Under the pieces are notes generated by a model. That model did not search any database and had not been told where the DNA came from. It worked only from the letters and a program-made list of their open reading frames with translations. From NCBI GenBank assembly GCA_002256025.1, contig NKIB01000118.1, positions 1 to 35,110 on the forward strand: 35,110 nucleotides of DNA, in the 5' to 3' direction. Made by a program: the position numbers and the translations under genes. Below are positions 22,201-32,219 of this stretch, piece after piece. The DNA comes from Asterionella formosa (taxonomy: Eukaryota). How positions within the stretch are numbered: the stretch's first letter is position 1; every line of letters starts with the position of its first letter.

Positions 22201-23033
22201 AACTTCTTAGCTATGTCGACCAATCGAAATTTGTGCCAACATAGCAAAATCTCCAAGTATGGTAGACTTCGAAGGAAAAATACGACCGGTAAACCATCCT
22301 GCAGATTTGCCTTGGATCGGGTCCAATCAAAATACCGGATTCATATGATTTGACGAATGGATTCGGTTACAGCACTTCGCTATTGAATACGTAAACCTCT
22401 TTGTCGAAATTTTGGAAGTCCAGACCACGATTGCCTGCATGATGACGACGACACCACCAACTTGAGAAGCCACCACAACTCATAGAATCTGGTAGTTGGT
22501 AGCATGTGGCAGGCAAAACATAGGATTTCTGTTGGGATTCCCGGAATGTATTCTGTGAACGTGCGAGGACCGCGGGGGAGAGACTCTGGTGTGGTGCCGA
22601 TGTCCATAGTTATACACATCGCTCGTGTGACGTTGTCACCCCCTTAAAATCATTGGCTCTATGGATAAGAATACTCTCTGATGGATTACGGTACCCCGGT
22701 ACCAGGTAATCTAGAAGAGATGAGCCACCAAAATTGAACATAACGAAGAAGCCGAGCGCACATCGATTCATGCGGTCCATTTTGTCCACCGGTAGGTACG
22801 AATGTATTCACCAGCAGCATTTCTCATCCACGAATGGTACTTCCAGCACGATTGCTTTAATTAAGGCAATTCTTGAATTTTTGACACCTCTGCCAACACC
22901 TCCATGAGCACGACTCCATTATACCCCCTCCCCCCCCCTCCCCTTGCAACAATTGCAACTAGTCTCATAAAATACCTCGCTTGGTAAAACATTCTGTCAT
23001 ATTCACATACCTGAACTGAACTAAAGTAGAACC

Positions 23034-23918
23034 ATGAGATCGAACAGAAGTCCAGATTCTGAAAAAGTAAACACAACGAAGAACAGTTCCAAAAACCTTG
23101 AAAATATTCACCATACTGCAGTTGCTGTGAATTTGTCCAATGATATTGACGATTCCGATGCTGGCAGTATTAAGAGTAATCCATCAGTTCTGAGGAGCAA
23201 CACGCGCAATGGCAGCAGGGTCATCAATTTAGCTTTTGCACCAATAGTTGCTGGTACTGCTTATGGCATCTACGCATTTTTAGGTAACAAGGGCATTGCT
23301 CCGAAAAGCCCCAATACCTTTCGGAATCCAAGCGATCAGGGTTTACGGGAAATTTTGATATCAGAACTGGCATTGCACAATACCGCAAGCAATTGTTGGC
23401 TAGCAATATATGGCAATGTATATGACCTGTCGAAGTATTCAAAACAGCATCCAGGAGGATCCTCTGCCATCACAAGTTTGGCTGGGATGGAAGCTACTCA
23501 GCAATATAGTGCTCACCACAATGAAAGATTATTGCAAACAATTTCAAGTACATTGATTGGAAAACTTGTTGATACTCTTTCCTCTTCAACAGCCACACCT
23601 TCTTCTGTCACTGCAAAGAATCAGGTTACAGTTGAGGAGTTGGTATTGCACAATACAGCCAGCAACTGCTGGATTGCAATCTATGGCAATGTTTATGACT
23701 TGACGAAGTATTCAAATCAACATCCAGGAGGATCCTCTGTCATTACAATTTTGGCTGGGATGGAAGCTACTCAGCAATTTAGCGTTCAGCACAATGAGAA
23801 GTTACTGCAAACAATTCAAGGCACTTTGATTGGGCAACTTGTTACATCCTCCTCGTCAAATGCACCAACAACAGCAACAAGCTCATCTTCACAAAGCAAC
23901 ACTAATGGGGAAGACTAG
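23034..23918 (+). CDS. Membrane-anchored protein with two tandem cytochrome b5-like heme-binding domains
   Basis: Two copies of EL.LHNTASNCW.AIYGNVYDL.KYS.QHPGG.S.IT.LAGMEATQQ...H; one TM segment (LAFAPIVAGTAYGIYAFL) upstream. Confidence 0.9.
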   Translation: MRSNRSPDSEKVNTTKNSSKNLENIHHTAVAVNLSNDIDDSDAGSIKSNPSVLRSNTRNGSRVINLAFAPIVAGTAYGIYAFLGNKGIAPKSPNTFRNPSDQGLREILISELALHNTASNCWLAIYGNVYDLSKYSKQHPGGSSAITSLAGMEATQQYSAHHNERLLQTISSTLIGKLVDTLSSSTATPSSVTAKNQVTVEELVLHNTASNCWIAIYGNVYDLTKYSNQHPGGSSVITILAGMEATQQFSVQHNEKLLQTIQGTLIGQLVTSSSSNAPTTATSSSSQSNTNGED

Positions 23919-24548
23919 AAACATGGTGTTAAATTTGGGTTCTCTACATTGTATAGAGAAGCAGATATGATGCAAGGTATATACAGTATGTGCTATACAA
24001 AGGTATGAAATGATACATTTTAACCAAGAAGTTGTTGTAGGTGATGACTGCACATGCAGGGTCCCTGACAAAATGGTTTTAGTTCCACCTTACACAATCA
24101 ATACCACTTCAAAACTGTAAGCCTCCATCTTCTGACTGTAAATTTTTAAGTAATACAATAATGAAAACTTGATGCAGGTACTAAGGGAATGTTAGACTAT
24201 GGGCCGAATTCAACAAATAAGTAATCAACCATCAAGATTTGCTTAATTTTTCCAATTAAGATTGTTGCATAGCAGTGGCTTACTTACAGTGCATATTGAT
24301 TAACATGTACATGTGTTGTATACCTTTCCTCCCAAACCGTGATCATGTTTACTCCATTTACACTACAAAAATTCTTTTCCTAATAATTTACAATTTATTT
24401 GTTTGATCAATACACTATTAGCTAGTGATATTTGTTAGGGTACCAGGTACCAGTACTTGCTGGTACGAGTACAGAAGTTTTGGTAAATAAGAAATTTAGC
24501 TGTGTTTTCCTTACAGTAAAACCCATATTTTTACCACAACTCCCAGTA

Positions 24549-27500
24549 CCTGCAAGTTGTGGTAATTTTACTGAAATTGATAATGTGACGCAGGACAGGC
24601 GCTCAAAAGACTATGTTTTGTTTCACAATTAAATTTTAAAGTATGTTTAAACTAACTAAAAATTGCACTTGTGCTGAGACAACATTGCAGTGAAATTAGG
24701 ACTGTCGCTTGCGCACCCTTGGACGTTGCCCATGACCACATTGCCATACTGGAGCGAGGCAAAGCCGACCTTTATCTGTGATGTTCTGATTTTCTGCCTG
24801 AGTCTGCTGCCATGTATGAGCGCATGATCAACTGTATGCACCCATTGTCGTTTTTGTCATAAAGTATGTCGATTAATTCGCTTGCACTGCAACAGGAAGA
24901 AGAAATACAGATTTATCCTTCTCTAAGACTCTGTTTTGATCGTTGTTGTATCTGTTCTGTATCTGGCCATCCACTTCTGTTTTCATCTTGATAAGTTGTT
25001 CCTCCAGCCCTTTGTCTGTCCATATAATTCCGTTTTCTTATGATCCAACTATTCACTCCCATTCGCCATAAAACCATGATAACATGTTCACTGCACTGTT
25101 CTGCCTGAATTCAATGTGCTAATCCCTTTCTTTGTTATATGTAATGGTAGTCAGCTTCCATTTAAAATTGAGTCTTCCGCTAAAAGCTTGGTCCCACCCA
25201 AAATCCATCTGATTCATATATGCTTCAAAAGTTAAATACCCCACCATGTTTGAACTTTGCGGAATGATACTACCCTCCCAACGCACATGTTCATTGGCAA
25301 GCCATTGTTCTAGTCCCTGTTTGAGGTTTTGACGAACATAAGGGCAAGAACCCGATCCCTTTATTATTGAATTCATGTTTTGCTTCCATAATTTAGTCCT
25401 TGATGAATTTGCAGATGGGCACCAAATCACAAGATTGATGTCTTTGTTTGTGTTTTCGTTCCTCGGTCGTAAAGTTTCCAACCATGGCTGTGTGGCACTT
25501 GAAATTTTATTGACGAGGGAGCCATCAGAGGCTAGCACTAGTTTTCCGTTGCATAACTTTGGGCCAAATTCTTCCACATTGTTGGGAAATTTATAATCAC
25601 TCATAGCCGAATCTAAAAAACTAATCTAATGAAGACGAGTATGCGTCAATGTGGTGGTCTTCATGAACTAGACTTGAGACCGTGTAACTAGCTTGTGCTC
25701 ATCGTGAAGATGATCTTGGCGGAAACCCGCCGGTGATTGCAAAGTCCTCTCCCATTTTGATTTTTATAGTGACCGGAAGTAAAATGGCCGAAAAGCAGAA
25801 TTTTATAGTTTATTCCCTAGAAAAGATTCGGAGGAATACCCTGGATGGTGATAAACCAGGAAGATTCCTTTTTCTGTTTGTTGAACAAGATTCATGGTCG
25901 CCATATCCATTTGAGAAAACCCTTTTCTGATGACAACTGGCCAAGTCTGTCCATGGTTCTAGTTGCTGGGTTCGCAAGCGGCGATAGATCAGAGACATAC
26001 AGAAACATCTGGTTATTGTTTTTTAAGACGCCATGCTCTTGTGGAAGGCTGTGATTGATGTGGCCATGTGAAAATACTCCTGCAATCATGGCATTTCTGT
26101 CCCTGGAGGTAATTAGATAAACTAGTATGAAGGTGCCAACCCATCTCTAACGTCTTCTAACGTAATTACCTGTAAATATAATCGACATGCTTTTAATCTC
26201 TTCAATTACTTTGGTTTCAAGTGAAACTGTGGAAGTGGAAACACCTCCATCAGAAATTATTATTCATTTTTTGTAATCGAAGTTGCCAAGAAGTTTCTAT
26301 GCGTTCTTTTCCCTGGATTTGATTGATTGATAAACTTCCAGGCTGAGGTAATTTAAATTGTCTCAATATATCGTAAAGTCCCACAATGCCCATTTGAAGT
26401 TGTACATGTTCGATGATGATATTTAAGAACTGTGCGATTTCATCGTGTTGACATAGGTGGCCCAAGATCAATTGTATTTGTGCTATTCCTTGATCTGTTC
26501 ATGTATCAGTGAAAATGAAGGCTCCAGCAAGATTTGGAGGTGCAAAGGAAATATGGCATTTTTCTATTTTATTGAATCCTATCCTTGTGAAAGGCGCCCA
26601 AAAAGAATAAATAGAGAACGTCATCAACTCTATCTTTGAATCAATAGTATCACGACTTGTTAGTGAAGTAAATAATTATTTCATCTAAACGCGGAAATGT
26701 CAAAACCAGGGAACTGGCTGAAAAAGAAAATGACAATGACCGGGGCAATAGAGGGGCGGCCCGAAGCAAAAGAAAGCAAGTCTTGCTTACTTTGCTTTAT
26801 TCGCTCCAAACTAAAAATTGTTCTCTTTTTCCGGCCAAAGTGGCTGATGAAAACATCCAATCATTGAACGGTTCTATATTTATTAGAATTTGAACATTCA
26901 AATGCTAGCGTTATCACATGTAACAGCTAGTGGTACCAGGTACCCGATATGGTAACAATTATACCAAACCACCATATGCATGCTGGCTGGGCTCGTCAAT
27001 GCTGCTCAGGCTACTTGAGGTAGCACTCATGAGTGCTTGTATATAATTATTTAGCTTAGATTATTCGATTCTTTAGTAGTACATATATGTATTATTGCCG
27101 CAAAAAGGATGCATTGTGAAATGGGAAGAATGGAAGCGTGATGGTGATGGATTTCAAAATTGTTGTTTGCTAACCAGTATAAGTATTGGTATCCTGTGTA
27201 TTTTCTTCATTATATGCATGTAGTTGACAGTCAATATACCTGGTAGCCTAGTAACAGCCATGAGTATGTCATGTACATACATAGTTTATAATAACTATAC
27301 TTTATGGATGAATAAAACCAGAACTAGTTGTGTCCATTTATTTGGGCACAAGTGCAATTATTGGATAGCTTTAACATGCTATAAAATTTAATTGACATTA
27401 TATAATAGTTATATTGGGTCATTGGTATGATGATGCTAGCAGTTATGAGTTTCTAGTACCAACAACTTTGAAACCATTAATGAAGATACATTGTTTTCCT

Positions 27501-27776
27501 CACTTTGGCTGGAAAAAGAGAATGATTTTGAATTTTGAGAGAATAAAGCAAAGTAACCAAGACTTACATACTTTTTGCTTCTGGCTGCCCCTCTATTGCT
27601 CTGGTCATTGATGTGTATTGATGTTTCCCTGGTTTGAAGAATAAATTAGCACAAAACCTCACAAAGTGGCGATCATAACAGAGACGATTTTTAAGAGTGA
27701 ATTGATGACGCTTTTTATATAGAAATGCAGTCCTGCGTCACGTTCTCAATTTTAGAAAAATGACGCAACTTGCTGG
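24549..27776. mobile_element. Foldback-type TIR element (long family-K relative, TA-flanked), left arm split by a LINE insertion
   Basis: TA|CCTGCAAGTTGTGGTAATTTTACTGAAATTGATAATGTGACGCAGGAC pairs with GTCCTGCGTCACGTTCTCAATTTTAGAAAAATGACGCAACTTGCTGG|TA. The arm resumes at ~26607-26920 and is the reverse complement of ~27425-27720 (e.g. GCAATAGAGGGGC / GCCCCTCTATTGC; TTACTTTGCTTTATTC / GAATAAAGCAAAGTAA). Confidence 0.78.
24611..26591 (-). mobile_element. 5'-truncated, internally deleted non-LTR retrotransposon (diatom Ambal-like)
   Basis: TSD AGGCGCTCAAAAGA (24597-24610) / AGGCGCCCAAAAAGA (26592-26606). Motifs in order: GHLCQH...EHVQLQMG, LKACRLYLQVITLEDV, WPHQSQPSTRAW, RNase H start LASDGS, QMDFGWDQAFSGRL..KW, LWRMGVNSWIIR. 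Confidence 0.75.
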
Positions 27777-28325
27777 TACATGGCAGTGCAGTTGGTAGGT
27801 ACCAGGTACTGTTTTCAGGTTCCCTACTGGTATATCGCAAGGGATTGTGATACATAATAAACAGGTACCTGGTACCAGTCTATCAAAGTCCAAGGACCTT
27901 ACCGGTTGTACCAGTACCAGGTACCTTGTACCTGGCACCATATATCATACAAAGACCGGAAACATACGGTACCTGGTACGAGGTACCTGGTACCTCTAGT
28001 CTACCAGTACGTATGCAGCCTGATGATGAGGACGGTGAGTTGTGCGTTTCCTTTTTTGTGTTTGGCTCTGAGGATGAATCAGAATTGCATTCGCATGCAG
28101 ACATTACACCAATGACTCTGAGCGATGCTACCTACCTGGTACCTGGTACCAGGTGGTACTCATGTTTGATCGTACCTGATAGGTTCCTGCTACCTGTAGA
28201 CGAAGGAAGGAGCCAAAGAACCGAGTGGTAGTACCAGGTACCTGGTACCTGGTCCCAGGTAATGGGAGCCCGTAGAAAAAAAGTAATTTGCTTGTTATAC
28301 TACTAACAACATACCGGTACATACC
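27777..28325. repeat. Dispersed (TA-CCWGG)n arrays upstream of the sigma factor gene
   Basis: Clusters at ~27795-27810, 27863-27940, 27968-28010, 28130-28160, 28228-28260. Confidence 0.8.
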
Positions 28326-28487
28326 CCGCTGCTAATGATCATCAGATCTTGCGTCACCTTTGCATTGATGACTAATAATAATAATACACTCAACATGATG
28401 CGTGGTTGTTCCGATGTTAAAACTTGCCAAGCCTCTCACAATAAATGGAACAATCGAACTATCCATCAACCTATCATCCAGCCATCA

Positions 28488-29702
28488 ATGACAGCAGCCG
28501 AGTCAAGAATGGGTAGAAGGAGACTGAAGCGAAGTGCCCTTCTGGCATTTTGCGCCTTAACTTTCTGTCGTTCGGCAATGCCTGCTACGACCGAAGCCTT
28601 CGTCCCGTTTGCTGGGGTCTCTCGCACCTCCTCCTCCTCCGCCGTCTTCATGACTACCGGTACACCCGCTCTATCCACCCGCCTCACTCTGGAAGAAGAG
28701 GCAAACCTTCTACGTCAATCCGCTGAGCTCAAACGCCTCGTCACCTTGGCAAGGGAGTTGCCTCCAAGCTCCTTGACACTGGTCAAATCAAAACACGCTG
28801 GCTACGGCAACGACATTTCCGCATATGAACTCGCACTGGACCTTGGTCACGCCGCAAGGAATACCCTCGTCACCCGCAATATGGGACTGGTATATTACTG
28901 TGCGAAGGACGTGGGGCGAAGCCTGAACTCGTTGTCCAAGGATGATTTGGTACAAGAAGGAGCCATTGGACTTGCACGAGCTGTGGACAAGTTCAATCCA
29001 TACTTGGGGACCAAGTTTAGCACATATGCTGTGTATTGGATAAGGGCGGCAATGTTTAGGTGCATAGCGGAGCGAGACGATATGCTGCGAGTCCCGTCCC
29101 ATGTGGGGGACGCGGTACGGAAGATGACGCAAGCCGCGAAGAGGCTGGGGGTGGAAGTGGACGGAACACGGGTCTTGAATGCATGGACTGAATCATCGAG
29201 GGAGGCACTATGGAAGGAAGCCTCAGCTGCCAAGGCACTGGCGGAAGAAGCAGGCCTTTCTGACAAACAACTAATGGAGGCTATGAAAGTGAGGCAGCGG
29301 CGTTTGACTGGAGGTTATGTGTCATATGAGAGTTGGATGCAAAAAGGACAATCGATGCAGGTGGATTTAGAAACTGTAGCGACATCAGCAACAGCAAGCC
29401 CTGACAAAGAAAAGATGAAATTAGCCCTGGCTCGCTATTTGAGACCAAAGGAGATCGAAGCCCTCAGTTGGCGATATGGGCTCACCGAAGTACCTCGCGA
29501 CTATTTCAAACAAGCGGAACAACACATCTTTGGCGAAGACGCTATAACAAAGGGAAAATGGGGGGAAGCCATGAGCTTTACGGAAGTGGGCAAACAAATG
29601 AAATGTTCAGCGGAATATGGACGAAAGCTGTGTAACAAGGCCTTGGAAAAATTACGACAAGCAGCCGATCAAGGAACTTTGGAGCCAGCGTTTTTGTTTT
29701 AA
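28488..29702 (+). CDS. Plastid-targeted sigma-70 family RNA polymerase sigma factor (ORF open from 28335; Met 28488 or 28509 preferred)
   Basis: Region 2: LVTRNMGLV...DLVQEGAIGLARAVDKFNP..GTKFSTYAVYWIRAAM...RVP. Region 4: LRPKEIEALSWRYGL...MSFTEVG...KALEKLR. Bipartite leader ALLAFCALTFC...TEA-FVP followed by a Ser/Thr-rich transit peptide. Confidence 0.92.
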   Translation: MTAAESRMGRRRLKRSALLAFCALTFCRSAMPATTEAFVPFAGVSRTSSSSAVFMTTGTPALSTRLTLEEEANLLRQSAELKRLVTLARELPPSSLTLVKSKHAGYGNDISAYELALDLGHAARNTLVTRNMGLVYYCAKDVGRSLNSLSKDDLVQEGAIGLARAVDKFNPYLGTKFSTYAVYWIRAAMFRCIAERDDMLRVPSHVGDAVRKMTQAAKRLGVEVDGTRVLNAWTESSREALWKEASAAKALAEEAGLSDKQLMEAMKVRQRRLTGGYVSYESWMQKGQSMQVDLETVATSATASPDKEKMKLALARYLRPKEIEALSWRYGLTEVPRDYFKQAEQHIFGEDAITKGKWGEAMSFTEVGKQMKCSAEYGRKLCNKALEKLRQAADQGTLEPAFLF

Positions 29703-30049
29703 CAATCTCAAACGACGAAGAGAAACAAACTGTATTTACAACAATGTAATATAATTCCTACTAGAGCTAAACCAGGTGTTAAGTCAATTCACTACGTACA
29801 CTCCTTCTGCTACTTCACTATTAACGTCATATTCGTTCACACGTTTGCCCTTCCTCCATGACTTTGGAAACACGTTGTCTCTTAAAAATCCTGAGTACTA
29901 TAGCGCAGTATTACCTCCAGAGTACTCGATATTCCCCTTTGTTTTACTGACTTGAGCTGGGCCTTCGTTAAATTTGTCAACTTTCAAGGCAGCATCAAAA
30001 GGAATAATTATTCGATGGCAACTTTAATTAACTCATATACCAAGATTAC

Positions 30050-30610
30050 ATTCCGGTACTGGTACCTGGTACCATAACTGAGGAGTTCCAGGTACCCTGG
30101 TACCTGGTACTGGTAGGCTGTACACCTGAACCAGCGAGGACCAGGTACCCCTGGTATCAGGTACCAGTACCTGGTACCTGGTACCAAGTACCGGTACGAT
30201 ACCACTGGTGCTATGGTACCCGCTAGGGTATCTGGTACCAGCCAGGTACAAGCAAGTTGCGATAATTTTGCTGAACTAAAGATTTAGCTTCATCCCAGAT
30301 CAAATAGTCTACCGGTAGCAATTTATTAAGCAAAATGACCAAATCTTGCAGGTACCACGTCTTTTACCGATACCTGGTACCAGGGAACCAGTATCGGTAA
30401 GTAGTCAACAACCTCATACCAGGTGGTACTAGTACCAGGGGTACGAGGGTATGGTACCACCTCGTAACTGGTGTACCTAGGGGTATACCAGGTATCCTCT
30501 GCTCTGCTGATGGCTGTGAACTAATACCGAATGTGTGCACACTCGTCCATAAAGCAACACCGACGTACTCCGTACCTGAGGATTTTCAACCATCGTACCA
30601 GGTACCTGAG
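30050..30610. repeat. (TA-CCWGG)n arrays upstream of the ankyrin gene
   Basis: Dense GGTACC/CCWGG units at 30053-30250 and 30350-30500, plus hairpin TTACCGATAC...GTATCGGTAA (30364-30400). Confidence 0.85.
30249..30352. mobile_element. MITE family K copy C
   Basis: TA|CAAGCAAGTTGCGATAATTTTGCTGAACTAAAGATTTAGC...AGCAAAATGACCAAATCTTGCAGG|TA. Confidence 0.78.
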
Positions 30611-30991
30611 GATATCACAACCGTCATCGTCTTTCAATAATTGCTACGATAAACCGGTAAATAACATCCGGTGTATATGTGATGTTAGGACATGAGGATG
30701 ATCAAAGCATACGAGAAATCTTTGCGAAAAACAAGGTCGAGTGACGTAATTTTGAAACTGTCGAGACCATCTCACATTTTAGACCGTGACAACTGAACTG
30801 TCGCCCTGAAAGATAGAATGAGACCGAAAGAAAACGCAAAAAAACTCAGAAATGGTAACTGCAGGAAAGAGCACAAACGTGGAAGAGGAATTTCACAGTG
30901 TCACGTCGTATCGGCGGCGTACACAGCGTGAAATGAGCATAAATCCAGGTGAACGGAAACTTAAACCTCAATTGGTTGATCATCTGAAATC

Positions 30992-32071
30992 ATGAACTAT
31001 TCAAATCAAGAAGAATCTTTCAAGCAAGACATGCATATGGTATTCAATCTTTGCCGTCAAGATGAATGGAAAGTTGTCCTTGACTACGTTCGAGCGAACC
31101 CGTCGATGGCCCTAACAGAAATGACCATGGACAATCACATCAAAACGACCATCCTCCACCAAGCCATCACTTCGAAGAGCAAGATTTCAGATCGGGCCCT
31201 GGTGATTCAAACTGTCCTTGAGCTGGTACCAAAGGCAGCTTCTATTAAGAATGGCTACGGATCCTTGCCTCTTCATGTGATTTGTCAGCGCAACACTAAG
31301 ATGAATTCCCAGATCAAAGAAGCATTGATCCATGACCTGATCAAAGCCTTCCCGCAAGCCTTGGAAGAAGAAGGTGGTGTCGGCCAGCGCACGCCTTTGC
31401 ATATTGCATTTACGGACTATATTTCACCACTGCTGGCACAGTTCATGATTTCCAAGGGGAAGAATGCCAGTACTCGCCGGGACAAGAAGTCATGGTTGCC
31501 TATTCATGTTGCTTGTTCTCGCCACTGTTCTCCTGAAAAGCTCAACATGCTACTTGAAGCCAATCCATCGTCTCTGTACGCCAAGACCGGTGATGGAAAT
31601 TCGTTGATTGACCTTGCTAAAAAAACAGCTACCAAAAGCCATCCGAATTTCGCTCTCGTCGCCGAACTCGAGCGCCGATTGGAGGGTGGCAAGGGTAGCG
31701 CAGAGGCCATAAATGCACAGACAATGATGGAAGGTCTTATCCCTGCGTCCAGTCGGAGCTTAGCAACACCTCGTCGTAGCAAGCGTAAGCACAAAGAAGA
31801 CACTGAAAATGTTGCGGATTTGCTCCTTCACTTTTCTCGTTCCAAGAAGACTCCCCATGAAAATAATGTGGTACCATACTATCCGACTTGTTCACTTCCT
31901 GAGATCACCCCATCCCCTCCAAGTGGGCACGTGCCTTATCATTGTGATATGCAACCAATCGAATTTTACCCATTCTATCAGCAAGAGCAGGAAAACCAGC
32001 AGGAGCAGCATCTTGGTATTGATTATGTTTACGACGAGCTCGCTGGTCAAATTAAGGTGGAGCAAGTTTAG
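30992..32071 (+). CDS. Ankyrin-repeat protein with basic (NLS-like) low-complexity C-terminus
   Basis: TILHQAI, GSLPLHVIC, RTPLHIAF, WLPIHVAC, GNSLIDLA repeats; RRSKRKHK. Confidence 0.88.
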   Translation: MNYSNQEESFKQDMHMVFNLCRQDEWKVVLDYVRANPSMALTEMTMDNHIKTTILHQAITSKSKISDRALVIQTVLELVPKAASIKNGYGSLPLHVICQRNTKMNSQIKEALIHDLIKAFPQALEEEGGVGQRTPLHIAFTDYISPLLAQFMISKGKNASTRRDKKSWLPIHVACSRHCSPEKLNMLLEANPSSLYAKTGDGNSLIDLAKKTATKSHPNFALVAELERRLEGGKGSAEAINAQTMMEGLIPASSRSLATPRRSKRKHKEDTENVADLLLHFSRSKKTPHENNVVPYYPTCSLPEITPSPPSGHVPYHCDMQPIEFYPFYQQEQENQQEQHLGIDYVYDELAGQIKVEQV

Positions 32072-32219
32072 AAAGGCAGAATTCCAGGAAAAGAATGTCT
32101 GCCTGAAAGGTGCCAAATACTCGTTTAAATAGTTAAAAATAAAATTCTTCACTCGTCCACTAGTGACTTGTGTTGTGTGAAGTTGCAGCTCATAGCAGGT
32201 CCATTAATACCAAAATGTT

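Noticed and set aside
22020..22256. ORFs with VPGT/RYQV/YLVP repeats (also 27738-28322 and 30008-30251)
   Set aside because: These are translations of the TACCWGG arrays, not proteins.
22200..22620. Possible small gene or pseudogene on the minus strand
   Set aside because: Coding-like composition, but short broken frames and no recognisable motif.
28335..29702. Bacterial contamination or recent HGT of rpoD
   Set aside because: The bipartite plastid-targeting leader and eukaryotic neighbours fit a normal nucleus-encoded plastid sigma factor.
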